Assembly: GCA_002269645.1 (NCBI GenBank) | Contig: NIVC01001519.1 | Location: 62,001 to 126,000, forward strand | Origin: Macrostomum lignano | Taxonomy: Eukaryota | Direction of reading: 5' to 3' | Length of the DNA stretch: 64,000 bases | In this document: positions 33,890 to 45,200 of the stretch, piece by piece | Layout of the letters: the number at the start of each line of letters is the position of its first letter | Numbering within the stretch: the stretch's first letter is position 1 | Notes under the pieces: generated by a model | The model's database searches: none | What the model was told of the DNA's origin: nothing | Seen by the model: only the letters and a program-made list of their open reading frames with translations | Made by a program: the position numbers and the translations under genes

Positions 33890-34270
33890 TGCTTCCAGAT
33901 ACCTGCTTCCAGAAACCTGCTTCCCGATACCTGCTTCCAGATACCTGCTTCCCGATACTTGCTTCCCGATACCTGCTTCCCGATACCTGCCTACCGATAC
34001 CTGCTTGCCGATACCTGCCTACCGATACCTGCTTCCCGATACCTGCTTCCCGATACCTGCTTCCCGATACCTGCTTCCCGATACCTGCTTCCCGATACCT
34101 GCTTCCCGATACCTGCTTCCCGATACCTGCTTCCCGATACCTGCTTCCCGATACCTGCTTCCCGATACCTGCTTCCCGATACCTGCTTCCCGATACCTGC
34201 TTCCCGATACCTGCTTCCCGATACCTGCTTCCCGATATTCTATGCTTTCCGATACCTGCCTACCGATACT
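33890..34270. repeat. 14-bp minisatellite
   Basis: (ACCTGCTTCCCGAT)n. Confidence 0.97.
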
Positions 34271-34794
34271 TCATGCTTCCTCAAGTCCTCCTTTTTATTT
34301 CGGTATTTTTCGAGTCCTTCAAATCCCTAAACTTTTGCTATCCAACTTTCATTTCAAGTTATATTTAGCTAAGAACTCCATGGTCGAAGTATATTAGAAT
34401 TTCAACTCTCTAGTGAACTACTCTATACAATGCATAGAGAGGCCAGCTGTCGAAACTGCAACCCACTTGGCAATGCAATGTGCACGAGGGACAGAACAGT
34501 GCTTGCACAAACCCCAGCAAGGTTCCTTCATATTGCACTGGAATTTTCCTTACATTTCCAAAACTATAACTGCAAATTATTTCCACTGCTCGATCACAGT
34601 CTTTGATTGCATAAATTTTATTCAGGTACCTTAAAATAACTATGTAGTTCAATGAAATAGACAGTACATGAAGCACTTTATTTAGGAGCAATCACCAAGG
34701 CTGGGGTTTGGTGGGCAACTGACCTCCCATCACTTTGACCTCTCTCTGGATGACTCATTGATTCTTTGAGCCAAATCACATTGTGTCTTGTAAG

Positions 34795-35145
34795 AGCCTG
34801 CGGCGCCAAAATGAGTGCCTGTAGCGCCAAAATGAGTGCCTGCGATCTAAAATGAGTGCCTGCGATCTAAAATGAGTGCCTGCGATCTAAAATGAGTGTT
34901 TGCGATCTAAAATGAGTGCCTGCGATCTAAAATGAGTGCCTGCGATCTAAAATGAGTGCCTGCGATCTAAAATGAGTGCCTGCGATCTAAAATGAGTGCC
35001 TGCGATCTAAAATGAGTGCCTGCGATCTAAAATGAGTGCCTGCGATCTAAAATGAGTGCCTGCGATCTAAAATGAGTGCCTGCGATCTAAAATGAGTGCC
35101 TGAGATCTAAAATGAGTGCCTGCGATCTATAATGAGTGCCTGCAG
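34795..35145 (+). repeat. 20-bp minisatellite
   Basis: (GCGATCTAAAATGAGTGCCT)n; related in inverted orientation to 38868-39298. Confidence 0.95.
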
Positions 35146-36237
35146 CCGCTGAAAGCAGGACAAACAGAAATAATTCCTAAAAAAAAACTTTTGTATTGGA
35201 TTCTTTATTCCATCCGCCTTACCATTATAAAAGCAATGGAGGCATAGTGTTGTTTGCATTAAGTTTGCCTAAATAGCAAGGGCAATTTATTCTTGAAGCT
35301 GGCAGTCCCAAATATTGCTATAAAACTTTGAAGGGGGGGTGAGCGATTAAAAAGTGCTGGCCAGCAGAGAAAAATGACACAGGAGTGCCAAAAACACAAG
35401 CATGGAAGTTGCCCGGCCAACTTCACACACAAGCTCTGCGGGTTCGTCATCAAAAAGAGGTCCTCACCTCCCTCTGTGGTGCCCCCACTCTTATATTTCT
35501 AAATCCGCCTCTGTGTATAAGCGGATTTTTTACAATCAAAATTGAAAACCGCCGACATCAAATGACCTAAGAATGTTCAGAGGGTAGTAGCTGTACTTAA
35601 CGAATAAATGAAATGAAAATCCAAACAGCAAGCTATTTAACTGTAATCTTCATCGAAGACGAAGTACAAGCTCGGAGAACAGAGAGCTCTGGCCTCGCCC
35701 TCCACCTAGTCTTGATGCACGAGGGGGCCCTGATGCACGGGCATGGAGCTTTTAGATTAAAAAAATCTGGATCTGGAAGGCTAGCATTTATAATAGCATC
35801 CATTTTTGCAAATTTCTCTAGGATGTTAATTTCCAAAACTATTTTTACAGTAGGACATGTTGTTCTTATTAAAAAATAATATGTGGTAATCTGATTAGTA
35901 ATTAAGTACCCAGAGACAATTGATGAGCCTTGACAACAGAGTTCGCAGGTAGAGACCGAGAATGCTGTTCCTGAATCGGACAGTTGTAATAACACAAAGA
36001 TTTCTCAAGTAACAATAGGGCACTAAAGCACCAACGGCTGGCAGTGCAGCAAGGCTAAATCCAACTAGAATGTCAGTTTCAAAGATATGCTCTCCAGCTG
36101 CCGCTCCAGATTCTGAGTCTAGAACGCCATGGCGCCGTGGGTGAAGGTGTCTCGAATTGCAGTCACCCGCAGATTTGCCGGGAGTCCCGGAACTGATGAG
36201 GGCTTGACTTCGTCTTCGAAGGGGTATTTAGCTCGTA

Positions 36238-37230
36238 ATGTATGAATTCATTTTTTCATTGAGCTCTCAGAACATTCGAACCTTTGCCTCTTCGCAATCG
36301 CAGCTCATCATGCTGTCTTCTTCTTTTGCACTGCAGTTGCTTCTCAGCATCGTTTTCGGCGTCATCCTTGCCCTGGGAGCGTTCGGAAACTCGGTCGCTC
36401 TCATTGTTGCGGTGATTAAAAAAACTCCAGACAAAGTGGTCAACATCTACCTTGCTAACCTGGCTGTTGCTGACCTGCTTCATCTTGTCTCCATTGTGCC
36501 GCTCATCCTGGCAACGGGAAGTGGATGGCAATGGGGAAGAGGCCTGTGCCAGATCAACTACGCGGTCAAGTATACCAGCTTTACTGTCATCGCCTTCACC
36601 ATCACCGCAATGGGATTCGACTGCTGCGGCGACATGGTGAGGCCTGAACTTTACAGACTGCGCAGTCCCAGATTTGTGTGGGGCCTCATGCTGGGCCTGT
36701 GGATCCTGAGCACCTCAGTTATGAGTTGTATTGGCGCGTATGCCACAGTTAGCCCATCGACCGGAAATGGAAGTGCTGTCATTGACCACTGCGGCCACTT
36801 CTTGGACAATTACAACAGTGATAGGGCAGACCAACCCTCGTCGAGCTTCGGTTTAAAAATCGCTGCTATCTGCATCTGGCTTGTCCTACCGTTGGTTCTT
36901 CTCTTTGGTTTCTACCGCAGCATCCGGCGCAACACGGACGCTCAGGCGCCTGGCGCAGCGTCGCGTTTTAAACGCGTCCTGCTCCCAGTAATCGTTTTGG
37001 CTGCGAGCTACTCAGTCTGCACCCTGCCGCAGTGGCTCTCTATGTTGCTGAGTTGTTGGAACCTGATCCCCGAGCACGTGTCTGATTCCTTAACTCGCTC
37101 CTCGGCGCTGCTTGTCTACCTGAACAGCGCCTGCAGCGCATTGCTCTACGCCTGGCACAACCCGTCGCTTCGTCGAGGCCTGCGTCGCATCTTCGTCTGC
37201 CCCTGCCGCTGGCAAAATAGATCTTGCTAA
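36238..37230 (+). CDS. Intronless class A (rhodopsin-like) GPCR of peptide-receptor type
   Basis: Seven hydrophobic segments; GAFGNSV (TM1), NIYLANLAVADLL (TM2), WQWGRGLC (ECL1), CTLP (TM6), YAWHNPSLRRGLRRIF (helix 8). Start could be 36238 or 36310. Confidence 0.9.
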   Translation: MYEFIFSLSSQNIRTFASSQSQLIMLSSSFALQLLLSIVFGVILALGAFGNSVALIVAVIKKTPDKVVNIYLANLAVADLLHLVSIVPLILATGSGWQWGRGLCQINYAVKYTSFTVIAFTITAMGFDCCGDMVRPELYRLRSPRFVWGLMLGLWILSTSVMSCIGAYATVSPSTGNGSAVIDHCGHFLDNYNSDRADQPSSSFGLKIAAICIWLVLPLVLLFGFYRSIRRNTDAQAPGAASRFKRVLLPVIVLAASYSVCTLPQWLSMLLSCWNLIPEHVSDSLTRSSALLVYLNSACSALLYAWHNPSLRRGLRRIFVCPCRWQNRSC

Positions 37231-38867
37231 TAAAAAGCAATTTCGAAAAGAAACTAAAACAAAAATGATTTACTCTGTTTGTTATTTAATTGTGATCCAT
37301 TTTTAAGAACTTCAAAAGTACATATAAGCGATTGGTTGCTAATTTATCCAAATAGCTACAAACCCAAACATCCTATATATGTATGCTTAAGTGCTATTTT
37401 TACTGCATACTTTTCCGGCATTAGAAGATTAAAGATTGTAATTTGTTCGTTGTGTTAAGCTGTGTAAGACCAGTTGCAGTTGTAGAGCTTTATCTTGCAA
37501 CAACCCACTCCCGTGCATACGTGTATTTACATACTTATCTTATCCGCTACGAAATACTGTATAGAAAAAGTGTAAAAGGTCGATAAATTAAAATGTACGA
37601 ATACAACTGCTATACGTACGACATAGCCAGTATTTTCTTGATAACTTTACGTAAAGTAACTTGTAAGCATAGCAGTATTTTTTCGTAATTAAAAATTTTC
37701 TGTCTGCTTCATTGTGTACTTTTATTTTCCATCAATATTTTTTTCACTTTTTGCTTCTACTACGCATTCAATCAATTCTTGTTTAAATCGTACAAACCCA
37801 ACTTCGCAGATTCAAAATAGGTTTTGCTCGTTAAGTTGGTCATTGTCTTCTTAATCAGAATATATTGAACCTATAAACAAATTATATGAAACTTTTATTT
37901 TATACTCTACTAACAGTAGTACTACTAGGGAAATACGTTTACCAATAAAATCAATTAAAATGCGGTCGAAAGAATCAAACCATTTCTATTCAATACTGTC
38001 AGTAAAATATTGATAATATTTATAATATAATGTTTCTTAGTCACAACTGCACGTTGTACGAGCTAAGCTCTCATTTAAAAACGTTTACTTTTCCTATTGT
38101 TCCTACAGATTATAATGTACCTGAACTTTGTAAGAATTGTTAAAAGAAGAATCGGTGGAAAATTTAACAGGAAAGTTCTAAGAAACTCAAAGAATTTACG
38201 ACCTACATGTTAATTAAAAAGTGATCAATATACACATACCAGTAGATATTTTTTATTAGATATAGCTACCTGTTTACTGTGGCAATTTTTTGTCTAAAGC
38301 ACCCAATACGCTGGCAACAATGATGGTACCCCCTCATAGCAGGTTTGGCGCTTCAGTTTCCTATTTTAGCAGTCCCTCTAGCAACTATTTTGACGCTTGT
38401 GCTTAAGCCCCAATAAAAGATCCTAGCTACTAGTTAGTAACTCACGTTTTTCGATTGTCAGTACAATTGAACCACTATTTTAGCATTAGCATTAGCATTA
38501 GCATTAATTAGCATTAGCACTAGCATTAGCGTTGTTAGCATTGCCAGAGCGATTGACATCAGCTCACTACGCTGCAAATGACGCAAGTTTTTCTTCAAGG
38601 TTTTCATGCAACAAGGAATATAGAAAAATGAATTGGAACGTGTATAGAATGAAAAATAGGTGTCTCAATCCGTAAGAACGTAACGTACCACAAGATACTG
38701 CACGATACAAGCATTCACATGTACCATTTTGTACATACATGTATAAGATGCGTCAGGGGCGTTGCCATGGATTTTATGGTGGGGGTCAAAGCCAAGAATT
38801 CTACATGTACATGACTAAATTCCTATATGTACATTATTTTCAGAATCGGTGTTGTCAGCGCTCTTTT

Positions 38868-39298
38868 TGGCGCCGTAGGCACTCATTTTAGCGTCGCAGG
38901 CACTCCTTTTGGCGCCGTAGGCACTCATTTTAGCGTCGCAGGTACTCATTTTAGCGCCGAAGGCACTCATTTTAGCGTCGCAGGCACTCCTTTTGGCGCC
39001 GTAGGCACTCATTTTAGCGTCGCAGGCACTCATTTTAGCGCCGCAGGCACTCATTTTAGCGTCGCAGGCACTCGTTTTAGCGTCGCAGGCACTCATTTTA
39101 GCGCCGCAGGCACTCATTTTAGCGCCGCAGGCACTCATTTTAGCGTCGCAGGCACTCATTTTAGCGCCGCAGGCACTCATTTTAGCGTCGCAGGCACTCA
39201 TTTTAGCGCCGCAGGCACTCATTTTAGCGTCGCAGGCACTCATTTTAGCGTCGCAGGCACTCATTTTAGCGCCGCAGGCACTAATCTTGGCGCCGCAG
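38868..39298 (-). repeat. 21-bp minisatellite inside a MITE-like element (~38754-39393)
   Basis: (GCAGGCACTCATTTTAGCGTC)n; enclosing imperfect inverted ends CAGGGGCGTTGCCA...TGGCGACGCTCCAG. Confidence 0.9.
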
Positions 39299-40188
39299 TC
39301 GCTATGTTTTGTCGCCTTGAAGTGACATGTCTCCCCATTGCTTTTACTGGGGGGGGGGGCATGTCCCCCCTGTCCCCCCGGTGGCGACGCTCCAGAGATA
39401 TACTTCTTAATACATTTTCATATCGTTCATTAAGGTTCCAGAACTATAGATTTCCAAGAGGTGGCTTAAAAAAGTTTTACTATGTATAAATTTTCATCAA
39501 CAAAAAGATGTATAGTCATACTCAACAACATTAAAAAGTCGCCAGCTTTGAGAGAGCGCAGTAAATTCCAGCTCAGTATTGACTTTTGAGTGACGCAACT
39601 TGCGCCACGCGACGCAGAGTTGGGCTGGGTGGGGAAGGATAGGGAAAAGCGGAGGTCGAAGACTGGATGGATTGAAGCTTCCGGCGCCCGGTTTTCATTG
39701 TTTTTTTCAAGCATTTTTTAATATCAAAACGGTTGGCCAGGTGAAAGACTCTGCTCTCTGGGGCAAAGGCCGTGGCGACTTCCAATGTTGCTGAGTACAT
39801 ATTCTGGTTCTGGAATCGAGCCATGAAAACCCTCATTATAGTTGATCATGCGCTCGTAATACTATTACGCTCCTATGTACATTTAATTTAGGATTGTGCA
39901 ACTGTGTCATAAATAACAATTTTAATTAGTTGGTAGATTGCTACTCTATGCTAAGCCCATGTAGCTCGTATGTACTCTTGACCATGAGAGTGTACCGTCG
40001 CGATCTGATTGGTTGGAAGAATTGAAGATTTCAATCTGAAACTGTGCGCAAGTGCGATGCCTCTCGATCCATGCCAGTCTTGGCTAGTTAATAAAACCTG
40101 ACTACACTCAAAGTGATATGAAGAACCCATTAGAAATCGTGTCAGAAATTATATTCTCTAGTTGCGAGTATTTAAATCATCCAAAATC

Positions 40189-40722
40189 ATGACAAAAATC
40201 TCGGAGCGGAGTGCTTTGTGGTGCATAGTTGGAGTCGTATTATTAGGCGCCGCACAGATTGTTCACTGCAATAGAAACTATTATAGCGATGGTTACAGCG
40301 GCGGCAGATACGGCGATGGACAAGGCGGCTACGGCGGTGGTTGGGATGACTACTATGGTGGTGGACGTAGTGACTACAGCGGTGGACGGAGTGACTACAG
40401 CGGTGGACGGAGTGACTACAGCGGTGGACGGAGTGACTACAGCGGGGGACGAAGTGACTACAGCGGTGGACGGAGTGAGTACAGCGGTGGACGGAGTGAC
40501 TACAGCGGGGGACGAAGTGACTACAGCGGTGGACGGAGTGAGTACAGCGGTGGACGGAGTGACTACAGCGGTGGACGAAGGGGCTACAGCGGTGGACGGA
40601 GGGTCGGTGAAGAAAGCTACTCTGGAAACGACGTTTCTTCATCAGGAAACAACGGTGGTGGCTATAAGTTTAAGCCCAATAGCATTTTCCACTATGCCGG
40701 AAAGAATACTGGAAAGTATTGA
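40189..40722 (+). CDS. Secreted Gly/Tyr/Ser-rich repeat protein (177 aa), candidate neuropeptide precursor
   Basis: Signal-peptide-like ALWCIVGVVLLGAAQIVHC, ten S(D/E)YSGGR units, GGRR sites; synonymous third-position variation between units. Confidence 0.75.
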   Translation: MTKISERSALWCIVGVVLLGAAQIVHCNRNYYSDGYSGGRYGDGQGGYGGGWDDYYGGGRSDYSGGRSDYSGGRSDYSGGRSDYSGGRSDYSGGRSEYSGGRSDYSGGRSDYSGGRSEYSGGRSDYSGGRRGYSGGRRVGEESYSGNDVSSSGNNGGGYKFKPNSIFHYAGKNTGKY

Positions 40723-41588
40723 ACTGCAATGCAGTTCGTTTTGGACAGACGTTAAAAAAACCAATTCTGTACTGTAGCAACTTGATACTGCACTGCACTG
40801 CATTAAGCCGGTTGTCTCTCTTAAATTAATTGTCAAGGCACTACATAGAAAGAAATAAAAACGTTTTGAGTTACCGCAATGTTGTGGTCTGTGTTTCACT
40901 TTCTCGAAGTTTATTTAGAATCGATGGTAACCTCAGATAAGGATTAGCTTAGTTGCAAGAATACGAAATCTAGATTGTCTTTTTTTGCAATGCGACTCGT
41001 ATATTTGATGCATACAAGCGTATTTTGAAAACAATTTTATATTCTAATGAGAATTGCTGAAAAGGTTTGAGGTTTTAAGCCAGGGGTCGGCAAAATCTGG
41101 CCCGCGAAGTCTCATAGTTACTCTAATACTTTTATAGTTCACGATAGCCTGCTCTAGGCTTTTGTCTCTTCTCAGCTCTCCTCTCTCCCCACAAGTCTTC
41201 TCTTTAATTTTTTCTGTCCTTTCTTCTCTCATCCCATCCATCCTCTTATCTCCTCGCTCTTCTCTACGCTACCTTCATAAAAGATTGCGCAACACTCCCG
41301 CTTCCCAGAAGACAGTCCCAAGCTGCACTCCTATTAGGACTAATAGGACAGACTTAATTTGAGGCCCAGCAGTCTTCAGTTAGGACTCCTAACACGAATT
41401 TACTCTTGACTCGTACTTTTATAGCTCCGGCTCCTGATGCTCCAATATACTGTACAGTGTACACTCTCCAACATGTTGATTGTTGAAGTTTCCACCCCGA
41501 AACAAGTGGTCAACTTTTCTCAAGATCTCAGCCCCAAGTGACGCAGTTCACAAAATCACACCACGGCCCACGCGGTTCTTGTCTCAAT

Positions 41589-42130
41589 TGTGGGGTGACT
41601 CGTCAACTAACTAAGCGATAAACTTGTTAAATTTGGTGGGTGGGGTGCCTGAGCTGAGCCTGCACGCGCCTGGGCGCGCGTCAGAAAGCAAGTTACTCAG
41701 AACTCAGAACTCAGTACACTCACTGTCTGCCAGCAAGTCTGCCAGAATTGTTTTGGGTTGTTTAGAAATCCAGCGGTCGGCCCTGGGCTGGGCCAGACCT
41801 GGACTCCTAGATTCTACTTCCGAGATCTCGTAAATAAAGTCGTCCATTGCTAGGTGGAACTTCGCTATACGTGCGTTGGAGCTTTTGTTTTAGCTACCTA
41901 GACTGGGGTTGGTGTATCAGTTATCTCAGTGTACAGTCTGGGCTGAATGTACACCTATGTGCCTCCACGCCCCAAACCTTTCTAATCCTCGCACGCCCGC
42001 CACCCCAAGAACCCCTTGCCTTGGAGGTTTGAAGTGGTGGGGTGTCCGCACACTCACCCTACCCCCCCCCCTCTATCAGACAGACTACTGGACTTGCCGC
42101 TATTTCATTCGAAGTTTCAACCGTTTCTGT
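41589..42130 (+). mobile_element. Possible solo LTR
   Basis: GC-rich non-coding block starting TGTGGGGTG with internal short direct repeats (CTCAGAA x2) and AAATAAA. No TSD established. Confidence 0.25.
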
Positions 42131-42286
42131 TAGCCACAGTGAAACCGATATAATGGCAACTTGGCATGCGCACAGCGCGACTAATGTGTAGTCTGAATGC
42201 TGCATGCTATTTACTGTTTTTCAGATAAACTAGCGCTATTGATACAATTAATAGTAGAAATTTACTCTACAGTCTAAATATTAAGC

Positions 42287-45200
42287 ATGGCCGCTGCTGT
42301 CGTCGCAGCCGCCGCCCGCCGCAGCTGCCAAACCACATCGAAGACGCCGCTTTGCATCGAGTTCTACGACTTCTGCCGCAAAGGCGATGTAAGCAGGGTT
42401 CAATTCTACCTTAGTGCGGGCCTGTCTGCTGACTGGACTAATGAGAGAGATCGCAATAGGAGTTTGTTGATGGCCACAGCCTGGAAGGATAGCGAGGAGG
42501 TCTGCCGGCTGCTCATTGAACAGAAAGCTCCCCTGGACCATCAAGATAGCTCGGGGCTCAGTGCGATGCACATCTGCGCCAAGCAGAATTCGATTCGCGT
42601 AGCCAAGTTACTATTGCAAGCCGGTGCCAACGTCAACTTGCTGGCTGAGAACGACATTACCGCGCTGATGATTTGTGCTGACTTGGGCCACACGGAGCTA
42701 GCCGAAGTGTTGTTAAAACAGCCGACAATCAATCTCGACCAGCAAAGTAGTCGCGGATTTACAGCTCTAATGAAGTCCGTGTTTGAGAACAGCATTCAGC
42801 TAGCTCACCTGCTCATCGATCGTGGCGCCAAACTTGACCTGGCCTCTAATAGCGGCTTCACCGCGCTGCATCTTTGCGCCCAGCTGGACAGGCGCGAGAT
42901 CGCACAGCGCATCCTGGCCAAGGCACCGCCTGAGATGGTTAACCAGCCAACTAAGCCGGAGTTCAAAGGCAACACGGCATTAATTTTAGCCTCGCTTAAT
43001 GGCCACGTGAAGATGGTGCAGCTGCTGCACGAGAACGGTGCCGATCCTAATTTGGCCAACAGCGAGGGTTGCACAGCCTTGGACCAAGTGTCTGGCAGCG
43101 ATTCGAAGGAGCTGCTGAAACTGCTGCAGAGCTGGAGTAGTCAGAGCAGGAAGTGAGTTTTGTTAGCGTTGATTTGATTGCATGGTTCAAGTTTATATTT
43201 AAGATAAGGCGTATATACCTAACGTGCAGATGCTTGATCTGCTGTGGAGAATCTAATTCTTTTGGGAGCAATCAATGGAGCAACAATTGATTCTTTCAGT
43301 GGGCAATTATCGATTCTCCTGGTCGGTGGGCAATCACTGGAGTCTGGAGCAATAATTGATTATTTCAATGGGCAATTATCGATTCTTTCGGTCGGTGGGC
43401 AATCACTGGAGCAATAATTGATTCTTTCAGTGGGCAATTATCGATTCTCTCGGTCGGTGAGCAATCACTGGAGCAACAATTGATTCTTTCAGTGGGCAAT
43501 CATCGATTCTCTCGGTCGGTGGGTAATCAATGGAGCAATCATTGATTATTTCAGGGGGCAATAATCGATTCTCTCGGTTGGTGGGTAATCAATGGAGCAA
43601 TCATTGATTATTTCAGTGGGCAATAATCGATTCTCTCGGTTGGTGGGCCGAGAGCAATAATTGATGTTTTCAGTGGGCATTTGCAGTGTGACCACACGAC
43701 CCGAATGCTGATAAACAAAGGGCCGCTCGTCTCCGATTTTGTTCTTTGATTACAAAGAAGGATGCTCGTTCCGGTTCACAGATGAGCTGGCGGAGGTTAT
43801 CCCTGTCGCCTTCCCAGACAGTAAAATTGCTGAAAACTATGCTTGCGCTAGAACGAAGACGAACTACCTGATCTGCCTGTCGAGAATGCTACATCACTAT
43901 GTATCCTAGCTTGCATCCATTATTTGGCTATTTTACTATTTTAGTTTCTGAAAAAGCACATATAGCCATTAAAACACTCCAGAATCCTGCTGCGCTATTT
44001 TTTACTGCTCTATTTTTTATAAATTCTTTGTGGTCACACTGGTGGGCAATCATAGATTCTTTTGGTGGGCAACCATTGGAGAAATAATTAACTCTTTTAA
44101 TGGGCAATCTCGATTCTCTCACACAATAGAGATATACTCATACTGCGCTGCATATTTCCATCTTTTCTAGTAATAAAAACGACATGCTATATAAACACAC
44201 TACTTTAAGCATACTTAATCACTTTGCAGCAAACCGACAGCACCGGCAGGCCTCAGCCTTGCCGACGCCATTCGCAAAGACGATCTAGAAAGCGTGCGGA
44301 AGCTGGCGAAATCGGAGACAGTGACCAACGTAGATAGAACAACAGGCTGGACGCCTCTGATGCTGGCTGCCGGACTGGGCAAGACGGAGTCATTGAAAGT
44401 GGTACTTTCGCTAATCGGCACCAGTAGTAGTCTCGACTTTCATGTCAATAGACAGGCGGAAGACTCAACTAAAGCAACTGCCCTGCATGCCGCTGTCCAG
44501 TGCGGCAGTGAGCCCTGCGTCAAGTTGCTGTTGCAAGCTGGTGCCAGCCTGGCTGTGTTAAACGCCCAGGGTTCAACTCCGCTGTCCTTGTGCGCCGACC
44601 TGGGCTCGGCCACGGATGTCGCAGAGCTAATTATTGAACGAGCCAGCGCGGACGAATTGATGAAACCAGGTGCTGACGGCCGGCTCTGTCCGGCCAATTT
44701 GGCCGCCGTCCGTGGCCATCTGGACGTGCTGCGCCTGATGCTCAATCGACTTCGTAAACTCGACGATAATTCAAGTCGCCAAACATGGCTGCCACAGATT
44801 CTCGAAGAAGCCAAAGCGGCTTGGCAATTCGAAGCGGCAAATGCTGTGCTAGAGGAAATGTAAGACCATAAATTGACTTTAATTGTCTAGTCTCTAGGCC
44901 CTTATGCGAAGCTAATTACGAGCTCGTACATGTACAAGAAATTGCCTCTAAAATGTAGCGACAACGTGAAGTGAATAACTATATGTCATGCTATAAAGAA
45001 ATGGAAATGTCTTGTGAGTAATAACTAAAAATGTAAGCTGTCAAGACTTTGGCTCCCATTAACGCTATCGCATTCCACTCTCGCACTTCTCCCAGGCCTA
45101 AAAACGCGAAGAACAATGAGGAGCTGACAACTGCCAGACTGTTTAAGGCAGCGATGGATGCCAACCCGGAAAAGGTGAAGGAACTGCTCGATTCTAGCCA

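Noticed and set aside
36190-36225. CTGATGAG...CGAA hammerhead-like motif upstream of the GPCR
   Set aside because: It has GAAG instead of GAAA and no convincing stems II or III.
42287-44863. Two stand-alone ankyrin genes ending at TGA 43154-43156 and TAA 44861-44863
   Set aside because: Both stops fall inside consensus phase-2 donor sites (GTGAGT, GTAAGA) with in-frame downstream acceptors. Such stops are an automatic consequence of phase-2 introns.
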